DNA of 42,893 nucleotides from Nitrosomonas sp. (GCA_021774155.1 JAJFJH010000179.1:1-42893), one strand, 5' to 3'; positions 1 to 9,877 are shown, counted from the stretch's first letter. Notes: generated by a model from the sequence alone, not told the origin. Numbers and translations: made by a program.

Positions 1-1561
1 GATTGACCTGGGAGGAGACCCTAATGCAATCCAAAGCCTGGATGACAAACTAAAAACACCCAAAGCAAAAATATGTCCGGCACTTATTGACGATGACCTC
101 GCTGAAGAGTTAAGACGACTCGCCAAGGAAACCGCACGCGTCCTTGGCATTTATGATTTCTGCCGAATCGATTTCCGCATGGATGAAAATAATAATCTCT
201 ATGTTTTGGAATTAAATTCAATGGCCAGCCTGGGGCTTACTGGGACTTACGTTGCGGCAGCCAAAGCTGCTGGATATACATATGAATCCCTGGTTAATCG
301 CATGTTAGATGTGGCTGTCGAACGGTATTTTGGGGATCAACAAATGGATCAAGTGTCGACCGATAAGGATCTACTCTCTCAAAGCCCTACCAAAAACAAT
401 ACACCACCTATTAATGTACGACTCAGAAGCTACCTGCGCGGCAATTTGGTCACTATGGAAGAAGATCTTGCCAAAATGGTCCGTATTAACTCTTACGTCC
501 ATAATATCGAAGGCGTCAATTCATTCGGCCGTTGGATTGCTAACCAAATCCAGAATTTGAAGTTTCAACGGCAAGTTTATCCGCGTGCAGAATTTGCTAA
601 TAATCTATATTTCAGCAATCATGCTAAAGATCATAACGATATTCTGATACTGGGCAATCTAGACAATGCCATCCCTTTCTCAGATTACTCACCATTCCTT
701 GAGGAACGGGGTCGAATATACGGCTCGGGTGTCTCTAGAGGAAAAGGTGGCTTGGCTACACTGCTTAGTGCCTTGCGTGCTCTTCACTACACACGAAACT
801 TAAAAAAAGTTAATTGCGGCATCCTTCTGATCTCCGACGAGTCACTGAGTGGACGCTCTTCCAGACCGCTGATTGACGAACTTTCTCGGAAATCTTCTTA
901 TGTCATTGGCTTAGGCGGCGCCGGGTTGGCTGGTGAAATCATTACCTCCTGTTCAGGAACCCTGAGTTATAGCATTGAGATTAACCGCTCTTTGGAAAAG
1001 GCCAGCGCGAATCTAACAAGCAAACAAACTGATCCGTTACTTTATGTTAGCGACAAAATCCCAAAACTTCAGAAGTTGGCTGTAAAGGAAACGGGAATTT
1101 CAGTCATTATTACTAAGCTCAAAACCAAAGGTGGCGAGGACACTGCGCCCGATCATGTGTCTCTTTCGTTTCGTATTCATTACCCAGAACCCCAACAGAA
1201 AGAAAACTTGCAAAAAGAGGTCTACCGACTATTTAATGCCGATCCCAAATGGCCTCTCCATGTACATATCACACGCGGTCATCAGCGCAGACCACTGTTA
1301 GAATCTGAAGGAGATCTGTCTTTTTATAAAAAAATTGAGCAATTGGCTAAAATCGTGGAAGTTCGCACTAAAAAAGCTCATGGCGATATCGGCACATCGC
1401 TCAGTCATGTTCCTGACGAAATTCCTTCCCTTGATGGATTTGGCCCTGTCACTGGCAATCCCGGCAGTAAAAATGAATATGTGGTTCGAGACAGCCTGAT
1501 TGATCGAGCTGTTTTATTGGCACTCACTATATATAAAGCATCAACCGGCTTTAAATCATGA
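1..1561 (+). CDS. D-Ala-D-Ala ligase-like ATP-grasp protein fused to a degenerate M20 peptidase-like domain (5' end outside window)
   Basis: Frame is open from position 2 (IDLGGDPNAIQSLDDKLKTPKAKICPALI...LGIYDFCRIDFRMDENNNLYVLELNSMASLG), which matches Ddl C-terminal motifs (CPA, RIDFR, ELN). It continues into an M20-like fold (ILILGNLD, IYGSGVSRGKGG, LDGFGP...EY). Confidence 0.85.
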   Translation, partial: IDLGGDPNAIQSLDDKLKTPKAKICPALIDDDLAEELRRLAKETARVLGIYDFCRIDFRMDENNNLYVLELNSMASLGLTGTYVAAAKAAGYTYESLVNRMLDVAVERYFGDQQMDQVSTDKDLLSQSPTKNNTPPINVRLRSYLRGNLVTMEEDLAKMVRINSYVHNIEGVNSFGRWIANQIQNLKFQRQVYPRAEFANNLYFSNHAKDHNDILILGNLDNAIPFSDYSPFLEERGRIYGSGVSRGKGGLATLLSALRALHYTRNLKKVNCGILLISDESLSGRSSRPLIDELSRKSSYVIGLGGAGLAGEIITSCSGTLSYSIEINRSLEKASANLTSKQTDPLLYVSDKIPKLQKLAVKETGISVIITKLKTKGGEDTAPDHVSLSFRIHYPEPQQKENLQKEVYRLFNADPKWPLHVHITRGHQRRPLLESEGDLSFYKKIEQLAKIVEVRTKKAHGDIGTSLSHVPDEIPSLDGFGPVTGNPGSKNEYVVRDSLIDRAVLLALTIYKASTGFKS

Positions 1562-3186
1562 ACATTAATACCGTCGAAAAAAATTTTCAAGTTGGCGAAG
1601 ATAAAAAGTGTGCTGTTTCAACGCGTGGCATGGTATCCACCGCATTTCCAGAAGCAACTAATGCGGGTGTAGAAATGCTGGAATTAGGCGGTAACGCCGT
1701 TGATGCTGCCTGCGCAGCAGCCTTTGCATTGTGTGTATGTGAACCACAAGCCAGTGGTATCGGCGGTCAATCCATGGCACTCATGCACTTAAATGGCAAA
1801 ACGATTGCCATCGATGGCTCAAGCCGGGTGCCCTCCTTGACACACATGGACAGTATTGAGAAGCCAGAGCGATTTACTGGATATCGAGCCACAACAGTTC
1901 CCAGCACACCCGCTGTTCTTGGCCACCTACACTTCCGCTACGGAAAATTAAGATGGAATACCATTCTTGAACCGGCTATACGCATCGCAAGAATAGGCTA
2001 CAACATTACCCCGCTCCAACATACGCTTCAGAAACGCGAGATGGAAGCGTTTCATAGTGTTGAGTCAAAATCTGGTGCGGATTATTTTCTCAAGAACGGT
2101 CAGCCTTATGATGAAGGTGACTTGTTTCAACAAGAGGACTTGGCAAACCTGCTTGATTGTATTGCGAATGAAGGTGTTCACCCCTTTTATCTAGGAGAAA
2201 TCGCAAAAAAAATTGATGAAGATATGCGTGACCATGATGGATTTTTACGTGCGGATGACTTAGCGTTTATCCCCTGGCCAGTTGAACGCAAACCGTTGAA
2301 AAGAAAATATCGCAATACACAAATACTTACTTGTCCACCGCCAACTTCAGGAAGAACATTGCTGTTAGTATTGTTGATGTTAAATAATCTCCCTTCCAAG
2401 TTTCTCAAGCAAGCGACACCGGAATCTTTTCATTTCTTGGCCGAGACTTTCAGAAAAGCATTGATCAACAGAAAAGAACGGCCTTTTGACCCCAATACCT
2501 ACCCACAAACACTCGATGAAAAGAAAATTCTGAGCAGAGAATATGCCAAGGCACTTTCTTCATCTATCCGCGATCAAATCGACCCTGCGCTTCCCATGGT
2601 GGACCCCTACCCGGCAGAAAATGACACCACACACCTTTCTGTAATGGACAAAGATGGCAATGCCGTGGGTATCACCCAATCAATTGAACGTGTGTACGGA
2701 TCCAGATCCGCAGCGCGTGGACTTGGTTTTCTCTACAACAATTACATGAGTGCGTTAGAAACAAAAGACCCTTCCCATCCCTATTATCTTCGCCCCAACG
2801 CTATTCCTTGGAGCTCGGTATCGCCGGCGCTTGTTTTTCACAATGATAAACCTTGGCTAATTGTCGGAAGCCCTGGTAGTGAGCGGATCTTTTCTGCCAT
2901 CAGCCAATTCCTTTCGCATATCATTGATGCCGATCTTCCTATAGACCAGGCTATGCTTCGTCCTCGACTACATTGTTCTATCGGCGGAACCCTAAGCCTT
3001 GAAGCTGATCGTTTTGACCCTGAGGTGACGTCCTACCTTGAAAAAGTCGGTTACCATATAGCCCGAAAAGAACCCTATTCTTTTTATCTGGGTGCGATTC
3101 ATGCTGTTTTGAGGTGTCAAACTACTGGTGACTTCCAAGGTGTGGCCGAGAAACGTAGGGACGGTACAGCGGCAGGACCGCAATGA
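1558..3186 (+). CDS. ggt: gamma-glutamyltransferase-family Ntn hydrolase
   Basis: GGNAVDAA, EPQASGIGG, autoprocessing nucleophile TTHLSVMDKDGNAV, and GSPGS. ATGA overlap with the upstream gene. Confidence 0.9.
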   Translation: MNINTVEKNFQVGEDKKCAVSTRGMVSTAFPEATNAGVEMLELGGNAVDAACAAAFALCVCEPQASGIGGQSMALMHLNGKTIAIDGSSRVPSLTHMDSIEKPERFTGYRATTVPSTPAVLGHLHFRYGKLRWNTILEPAIRIARIGYNITPLQHTLQKREMEAFHSVESKSGADYFLKNGQPYDEGDLFQQEDLANLLDCIANEGVHPFYLGEIAKKIDEDMRDHDGFLRADDLAFIPWPVERKPLKRKYRNTQILTCPPPTSGRTLLLVLLMLNNLPSKFLKQATPESFHFLAETFRKALINRKERPFDPNTYPQTLDEKKILSREYAKALSSSIRDQIDPALPMVDPYPAENDTTHLSVMDKDGNAVGITQSIERVYGSRSAARGLGFLYNNYMSALETKDPSHPYYLRPNAIPWSSVSPALVFHNDKPWLIVGSPGSERIFSAISQFLSHIIDADLPIDQAMLRPRLHCSIGGTLSLEADRFDPEVTSYLEKVGYHIARKEPYSFYLGAIHAVLRCQTTGDFQGVAEKRRDGTAAGPQ

Positions 3187-3956
3187 TAAAACTGCCTGTG
3201 TTGATTTCCGTTCCACATGGCGGCGATATAACGCCGACGGAAATCAGTGACCAAGTTTGCTTATCCCCAAAAGACTTGTTCGCCGACAGTGATGCTTTTA
3301 CACGTGAAATTTACGGAATATCGGAATCCGTTGCGGCCTTTGTTGATACGCCCTGTGCCAGAGCTTTTATTGATCTCAATCGGGACACAAATGACCTCCC
3401 GCCCACAAACCCTGACGGCGTAGTTAAGACAGCGACCTGCCATGGAAAAGCTATTTACACCCCAGGCAATGAATTGTCCCCAAAAAGCATAACCCTGTTA
3501 CTTGATAGATATTACCACCCCTACCACCATAAAATTCGGCAGATACTTGCAGAACAACCGGAAGTTCGACTTGCGCTAGATTGCCACAGCATGGAAGGCA
3601 TCGGCCCAGCAATTTCTCCTGATCGAGGACAAAAAAGACCTTCTATTTGCCTCGGTACCAATCGAGGACAAAGTTGTTCGCTCGATACAGCAGAAAAACT
3701 CGCCAGATGTTTCCAAATTGCATTTGAGCTAGATCCCACAGAAATTACAATCGACATACCTTTTTCTGGTGGGTTCATAACGAGAACTTACGGCAACCAA
3801 TCAACTCCTTGGGTACAAATCGAAATGAGCAGAAATTTATATTTGGCCGAGCCATGGTTTGATAAGGACCAATTAAGCATGCAAAAAACGCGATTAAATG
3901 AACTCAGAGAACGATTTAAAAAGACCTTGATGCTTTTTTTCGGGTATAAAGTGTAG
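3183..3956 (+). CDS. N-formylglutamate amidohydrolase family protein
   Basis: ISVPHGG, ARAFIDLNR, YYHPYH, DCHSM, PFSGGFIT, QIEM motifs. ATGA overlap with ggt. Confidence 0.9.
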   Translation: MIKLPVLISVPHGGDITPTEISDQVCLSPKDLFADSDAFTREIYGISESVAAFVDTPCARAFIDLNRDTNDLPPTNPDGVVKTATCHGKAIYTPGNELSPKSITLLLDRYYHPYHHKIRQILAEQPEVRLALDCHSMEGIGPAISPDRGQKRPSICLGTNRGQSCSLDTAEKLARCFQIAFELDPTEITIDIPFSGGFITRTYGNQSTPWVQIEMSRNLYLAEPWFDKDQLSMQKTRLNELRERFKKTLMLFFGYKV

Positions 3957-4010
3957 CCACAGATCATTCTTTTTAAAGCTCATGAGCACAACAAGCATTC
4001 AGGAGAACCT

Positions 4011-4520
4011 ATGCGTAAGACTCTACTTCTCATTGCACTATTAATGATGTCAACAACAAGCCAGGCGACAAATACTATTCGACCTGGATTATGGGAAATC
4101 ACCACAACATCGAATTTACTGGCAATGGTGCCGCATATTCCATCACAACAAATGCAACAAATAACCAGTCTGGTCGAGCAGTATGGCCTGCAAATGCCAC
4201 AAATTAAAAATGACGCCGTCATCTCAAATGTATGTATTACGCAACAGATGGCTGACCAGGAAGTTCCCACACATTTTTACGAAAGCCAATCAGGTTGCAG
4301 CGTCAAAAATGCCGTCAAGACAGGAAACCACTACAAAGTGGATCTCTCTTGCACCAATGCTCAATTTCAAGGGGTTGGAGTCGCTGAAGGTTATTTCTCA
4401 AACCCTGAGCATTTCACTGGACAAACTGAATTTGATAGTGTCGTACAAGGCACGCCAGTCTTTGCAACAGCTGAAACTAGCGGTCGCTGGATTGAAGAAA
4501 CTTGCACAATGGCGCAGTGA
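4011..4520 (+). CDS. secreted DUF3617-like protein
   Basis: Signal peptide, PGLWEIT motif, four Cys, C-terminal GRW...C; AGGAGA RBS upstream. Confidence 0.75.
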   Translation: MRKTLLLIALLMMSTTSQATNTIRPGLWEITTTSNLLAMVPHIPSQQMQQITSLVEQYGLQMPQIKNDAVISNVCITQQMADQEVPTHFYESQSGCSVKNAVKTGNHYKVDLSCTNAQFQGVGVAEGYFSNPEHFTGQTEFDSVVQGTPVFATAETSGRWIEETCTMAQ

Positions 4521-4700
4521 AAAGATTTGCAAACGTGAGATCTCAACTCAACAGCTTTACATGTCATTATATAAAAACATTCAACCTATTGAAGAACAAA
4601 AAAATTATCGACCATTCATACTAACTGATTAGATGATTGATAATTTTTTAAGTTATGCATTTACTAATCGAATCCAGGACATACAAAATAAGACGGTCAA

Positions 4701-4808
4701 TAAAGCACCCCGCCGCAAGCAGCGAGGTATTAAGAGCGCTTTTCAAGCTGCTGGCTTTCAACCAGCCTTCGCCCCAAGGGGCGAGGAATTAAACCCGGAA
4801 GAGATTAA
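4701..4808. mobile_element. GC-rich triple-hairpin non-autonomous element (IS200/IS605-end-like, PATE/REP-like)
   Basis: Hairpins ACCCCGCCGC-AA-GCAGCGAGGT, GCTGG-N7-CCAGC and TCGCCCC-AA-GGGGCGA within AT-rich intergenic DNA. Confidence 0.55.
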
Positions 4809-5731
4809 AAATAGGTTTCATCGATACTATCGTTTATTTTTATAATCCCAAGCTGAAGTTCATCGATAAATTTGTGCAGCTTTCCCTGATCAAATTCCTC
4901 TAGCTTGGCATCCAGTAGTTTTTTTTGTAGCTTAGCGAGCAGCTTTAACGTCTTTTCACTGCGCGGTAAATTACTTAAACAACTGTTTGCCTGACATAAA
5001 GCATGATAGAACGAACGTGGGAATTGTTCTTCCTGAAACAGAAATTTTAGTACGTCCTGTCGCCGAATGCGTTGTCGTACTTGACGGCGGTACATCTGGT
5101 AAGCCGTGAGTGACTTGAGGACACTTACCCACTGTAAATTTTCAAATGGCGACAGATCTTCTGACATATCCGGCAACAATGAAGCGGAACGCACGTCAAT
5201 AATACGCGTCGTCATGTCAGCACGCTCCAGGTTACGCCCCAGACGCAAAAATTCATACCCTTCATCGTGGGTCATAGTGCCTGCCAACATACCACTTACG
5301 GTTTGCACACCAGTAATGATTGAGCGCAAATAATCATAGCGATGCCGCTGCGTTGTGACACTTCTAGCATTGGCCTTTGAATTCAAATACAGCGTATTGA
5401 CTTGTTCCCATACCTCGCGCGGAATGATATCTCGAATAGTACGTGTATTCTCACGCGCCATATTTAGCGTACTCAGCATGGAATCAGGGTTACGCATGTC
5501 AGTGACCATGAAACGAACCACGCTGTTTTCATCAGCTTCTTCATACAAGCTATAAAAATGATTCCGTTGGCTGGTGATATCTATAATCGGTTCCCAACCC
5601 AACCGCACTCGCTTTGGCAAATCAAGCAACAAATGCGTATTAACGTTGATGATACGTGCCGTATTTTCAGTCCGTTCCAGGTAACGTGCCATCCAATTAA
5701 TTTTGTTAGCAACGCGTGAAAGCATACTCAT
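4805..5731 (-). CDS. alpha-E domain-containing protein
   Basis: MLSRVA...WMARYLERTENTAR and second ER motif GRNLERADMTTR; EEQFPRS; coupled to the CP-ATP-grasp gene. Confidence 0.92.
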   Translation of the reverse strand: MSMLSRVANKINWMARYLERTENTARIINVNTHLLLDLPKRVRLGWEPIIDITSQRNHFYSLYEEADENSVVRFMVTDMRNPDSMLSTLNMARENTRTIRDIIPREVWEQVNTLYLNSKANARSVTTQRHRYDYLRSIITGVQTVSGMLAGTMTHDEGYEFLRLGRNLERADMTTRIIDVRSASLLPDMSEDLSPFENLQWVSVLKSLTAYQMYRRQVRQRIRRQDVLKFLFQEEQFPRSFYHALCQANSCLSNLPRSEKTLKLLAKLQKKLLDAKLEEFDQGKLHKFIDELQLGIIKINDSIDETYF

Positions 5732-7182
5732 AACGCCTCCATATCAACCACCCAGGTATCTTTACTGCCACCACCTTGAGAGGAATTCACCACAGTTGAA
5801 CCCTTGCGCAAAGCCACGCGTGTTAAGCCACCGGTAGTCACAACGGTTTGTTCTCCACTCAGGATAAAAGGGCGTAAATCCAGATGACGTGGTTCCACAC
5901 GATTACCCACCAAAGTTGGTGCGGTGGAAAGCGTCAACATAGGCTGGGCAACATAATTACGCGGGTCACGACGGATCAGGCGTACAAACTTTTCGCACTC
6001 TTTCTTGCTTGCCTGTGGCCCAATGAGCATGCCATAGCCGCCTGACTCGTTGGCCGGTTTGACGACCATTTCATGGATATGCTCAGCAACATATTGGCGC
6101 TCTTGTTTGTTCACGCATTTATAGGTCGGCACATTAGGCAAAATAGCATCCTGATCAAGGTAATATTTAATCATGTCGGGCACAAAGGCGTAGACTACCT
6201 TGTCATCTGCGACACCCGCTCCCGGCGCATTGGCCAGTGCAACATTACCCGCTTTCCAGGCGCGCATTAACCCAGGTACGCCAAGTGCTGATTCGGGGTC
6301 AAACACTTCAGGATCCAGGAATAAATCATCGACACGACGATAGATGACATCAACACGTGTCAGTCCTTCAATAGTACGCATGTACACTACGTCGTTCTTA
6401 TCGACAGTCAAGTCACTACCTTCAACCAGTTCCGCGCCCATTTGTTGCGCCAGATAAGCGTGTTCAAAATAGGCAGAATTATAAATGCCAGGTGTCAAAA
6501 CAACGATTTCAGGTTGGTCTCCCGGGCGCGGAGACAAGGCCGCCAACGTATCATACAACTGCGAGGGGTAATCATCGACTGGCAGAATATTGTATTGTTC
6601 AAACATTTCGGGAAACAGTCGTTTCATTACCAGACGATTTTCCAGCATATAAGAAACACCGGAAGGCACACGCAGATTGTCTTCAAGCACATAAAATGTA
6701 CCGTCTTTATCGCGCACCAAGTCAGAGCCACAAATATGCGCCCAGACTCCTAACGGCGGGTTGGCACCAATACACTCTGGGCGGAAATTTTTTGAATCTT
6801 CCAGCAATTCAGCAGGAAAAATCTTGTCCTTGACGATACGCTGCTTATGATACAAATCATCAATAAAAAGATTCAAAGCCTGTACACGTTGCTTAAGGCC
6901 CGCTTCGACATGTTGCCATTCTTTTTTATCAATAATGCGCGGAATAATGTCAAACGGCCAAGCACGATCAATGGAACCTTCTTCTTCGATATACACCGTA
7001 AAACTAACACCCATCACATGTATAGCAGATTCAGCTCCCATCTTATATTCCTCAATCTCACTATCTTTCAATGACCGCAAATAATTGGACAACGCCAAAG
7101 CAGCTGGACGTGGTCGTCCGCTGGCGCGCAACATTTCATCATAAAGATCTTTTACTTTGTAACTTCCCCAACGAATTGTCAT
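5728..7182 (-). CDS. circularly permuted type 2 ATP-grasp protein
   Basis: PFDIIPR, VLEDNLRVPSGVSYMLENR, YRRVDDLFLDP, KPANESGGYG, VVNSSQGGGSKDTWV. Confidence 0.95.
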   Translation of the reverse strand: MTIRWGSYKVKDLYDEMLRASGRPRPAALALSNYLRSLKDSEIEEYKMGAESAIHVMGVSFTVYIEEEGSIDRAWPFDIIPRIIDKKEWQHVEAGLKQRVQALNLFIDDLYHKQRIVKDKIFPAELLEDSKNFRPECIGANPPLGVWAHICGSDLVRDKDGTFYVLEDNLRVPSGVSYMLENRLVMKRLFPEMFEQYNILPVDDYPSQLYDTLAALSPRPGDQPEIVVLTPGIYNSAYFEHAYLAQQMGAELVEGSDLTVDKNDVVYMRTIEGLTRVDVIYRRVDDLFLDPEVFDPESALGVPGLMRAWKAGNVALANAPGAGVADDKVVYAFVPDMIKYYLDQDAILPNVPTYKCVNKQERQYVAEHIHEMVVKPANESGGYGMLIGPQASKKECEKFVRLIRRDPRNYVAQPMLTLSTAPTLVGNRVEPRHLDLRPFILSGEQTVVTTGGLTRVALRKGSTVVNSSQGGGSKDTWVVDMEAL

Positions 7183-7325
7183 TATGTTCTCGTAAGTTAA
7201 TTATTACCAAATTGATAAACAGTGATCTTGAGTCTCATCATTATTCTATACTTTTCACGTCCAAGAGCGCACCATGAATAAAGCACCTTAATTAAGGTAC
7301 TCTTGAACATAAGAGCATATTGTCG

Positions 7326-8339
7326 TCACAGTTTGACGGATTTGACTGTTTTAATAATTCTAGCCGCTATTTTGTATGGATCGCCGTTGGAAGCAGGTCT
7401 TCTATCTTCTAACCAACCTTTCCAACCATTTTGTACGGTAATAATGGGAATCCTGATCGAGGCTTTTCTATCGGAAATACCAAAACTAAAATCATGTATT
7501 GATGAGGTTTCATGATTACCCGTTAAGCGTTGCTCATTAAATTCTCCGTAAACAGCTAAGTGTTCTTCGGTAACCGGTCTAAACGCCTCACAAATTCTTT
7601 CATAAACCTCTTTAGAACCACAAGTTCTTAGTACGGTATTAGAAAAATTGGCATGCATGCCCGAACCATTCCAATCCCCTTTGATGGGTTTTGGGTGATA
7701 TTCAATATAATAGCCATACTTTTCTGTTAGTCGATCCAACAAATATCGGGCGACCCAAATCTCGTCTCCAGCTTTTCTAGCGCCTTGGGCAAATAGCTGA
7801 AATTCCCATTGCCCGCTGGCCACTTCTTGATTAATGCCCTCGAAATTAAGTCCAGCGGCAATACACAAATCCGCATGCTCTTCTACAAAATTTCTCCCGT
7901 GCGTGTTCTTTCCACCAACAGAACAGTAATACATGCCTTGTGGTCCAGGATAACCACCAACAGGAAACCCTAAAGGCAGTTGTGTATGCCTATCCATAAT
8001 GAAGTATTCTTGCTCAAAACCAAACCAGAAGTCATCATCAGCATCTTCATCAATTCTTGCCCTGAAGTTAGATTCGTGTAGCGTTCCGTCAGCGTTTAAC
8101 ACTTCTGTCATGACCAAGTAACCATTGATTCTGTCAGGGTCTGGAAAAATAGCGATGGGTTTTAGCAAACAATCTGAAGAACCTACAACTGCCTGCTTAG
8201 TAGAGCCGCCGTCAAAAGACCATATTTGGCAATCTTCCAATTTGCCGCTGAAATTATCTATAACTTTTGTTTTGCTTCTTAAGTTAGCGGTTGGCTCATA
8301 GCCATCTAACCAAATGTATTCTAATTTAGATTTACTCAT
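7326..8339 (-). CDS. glnII: glutamine synthetase type II
   Basis: 337 aa; EYIWLDG, WSFDGGST, FGFEQEY, GQWEFQ, KGDWNGSGMHANFS, GNHET, RKASIRIP, WLEDRRPASNGDPY. Confidence 0.92.
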   Translation of the reverse strand: MSKSKLEYIWLDGYEPTANLRSKTKVIDNFSGKLEDCQIWSFDGGSTKQAVVGSSDCLLKPIAIFPDPDRINGYLVMTEVLNADGTLHESNFRARIDEDADDDFWFGFEQEYFIMDRHTQLPLGFPVGGYPGPQGMYYCSVGGKNTHGRNFVEEHADLCIAAGLNFEGINQEVASGQWEFQLFAQGARKAGDEIWVARYLLDRLTEKYGYYIEYHPKPIKGDWNGSGMHANFSNTVLRTCGSKEVYERICEAFRPVTEEHLAVYGEFNEQRLTGNHETSSIHDFSFGISDRKASIRIPIITVQNGWKGWLEDRRPASNGDPYKIAARIIKTVKSVKL

Positions 8340-8923
8340 AGTATATTTTTGATGTTAGTAAGAAAAACAGAAAAGGAAGCATTGTCAGCCTTATGAACGT
8401 ATGCTTTTGCGCTGATTTATCCACTGACAGATCAAATCCCTCCTCCCATTTTGTTGCAAATAAAACTAATTTTATATCAATTTATTACGTTATTTGCGAT
8501 TGCGATTGACTTGTATACGCGAGGCAGAAAAAACAAGCAGTAAAACAGTAACAGGTCAAATGGCGAAAAGAAAAAAGAATATAGTGATTTTTAACCCTGG
8601 GAGTACAAAGAAACGCTAGATGGCAAGAAAAATCAACGTCCTTCCATACAAAATACTGGAAGTGGCATTGGCTGTCAAATACGCTCATAGTTCACATAAA
8701 ATCACTGATTCATTCTTAATTAACACAAATTTCCGTTAATTAATGTAGACTTCTTTATAATTACAGCAGCAAAAAAATGCTAAGGTTTACGACTTAATCT
8801 AGTCTGAATCAGCTTTAGGTTAAAGTTCTCTCGCCGTGCTTCTCAAGTTTGGGGACTCAAAGCTAACAGGAGTCTTGAAACAAAATCCTAGCAATCCCCA
8901 CAAATTCTGAGTAAGGTTTACTA

Positions 8924-9748
8924 ATGAGATTGCAAATACACCACATAACGCGATACCTCTATGAGGATTCCGTTTTTCTTGAGCCTCACTACCTTAATTT
9001 CTACCCTCAACAGCGTTCATACTTACAAGTTGAAGCTTTCGATCTCAAAGTAGATCCTGCACCAAGCGGACTGTTTCCCTTACTGAATATTGAAAATACA
9101 TTACAATACCAATGCTGGTTCGATAAAAAAGTAAAGTGCCTTGAGATTAGTGCATCTATTAAAGTGCATTCTACTGAATTTAATCCCTTTGGTTTTTTCA
9201 TAGACATGAATGTACTGGAAATAAATAGCCAAGAACACTTTGGTTACTTGACTATTAAACAGCCTATTTCTCCAGAAATGCAAGCAATGTTGCTACCCTA
9301 TAAACCCCTACCAGCTAACGAGTTGTTAACGCCAGTCAATGAAATTCTTCAATTGATCAACAAACATTGGGACTATGCCGCCAGATATGCTGAAGACATA
9401 CATGAGCCTTCCGACTGTTTTAAAAGAAAAAATGGCTCGTGTCGAGACTTGTCGTGGATGATGATTATCATGCTTAGGTATCTTGGAATACCCGCACGTT
9501 TTGTTAGTGGATATGCTTTTAATCCGGAATTGGGAGAAGGTCATGAATTACATGCCTGGGTCGAGTTTATGGCGCCGGGAGCTGGATGGATTGGCGCAGA
9601 CCCAAGTGCCGGTATTTTCACCAATGAAGCCTATATTCCTGTAGCCGCAAGCAAAGACCCGAAGAAGACTTTACCTGTATATGGCTCCTATCGGGGCAAT
9701 GTTAGTTCAAGATTAGAAACAGAAGTGAAAATAACCGAACAAAAATGA
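8924..9748 (+). CDS. transglutaminase family protein
   Basis: N-terminal IHHITRYLY domain; catalytic triad GSCRD / HAWVE / GADP; LGIPARFVSGY. Confidence 0.9.
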   Translation: MRLQIHHITRYLYEDSVFLEPHYLNFYPQQRSYLQVEAFDLKVDPAPSGLFPLLNIENTLQYQCWFDKKVKCLEISASIKVHSTEFNPFGFFIDMNVLEINSQEHFGYLTIKQPISPEMQAMLLPYKPLPANELLTPVNEILQLINKHWDYAARYAEDIHEPSDCFKRKNGSCRDLSWMMIIMLRYLGIPARFVSGYAFNPELGEGHELHAWVEFMAPGAGWIGADPSAGIFTNEAYIPVAASKDPKKTLPVYGSYRGNVSSRLETEVKITEQK

Positions 9749-9877
9749 CAATAACGTAGCATGACACTTGATTTATTTTATCTTCAAATTATTGCCAAAA
9801 AATCTAAAGATTTAGTACAAAACGGCGTAGAACTCTTTTAGTATTACCCATTAACAACTACTTATTTATATATAAAA

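Noticed and set aside
4633-4845. 70-aa ORF
   Set aside because: Mostly a translation of the palindromic element and overlaps the alpha-E 3' end.
7268-7285. NtrC-like site CGCACCATGAATAAAGCA
   Set aside because: One base too long for TGCAC-N7-GTGCA, poor right half, and no sigma54 -24/-12 element found nearby.
8340-8923. glnA riboswitch or small gene (8485-8688) in the long glnII/transglutaminase spacer
   Set aside because: No recognisable glnA-motif consensus, and the ORF has no recognisable motif or clear RBS.
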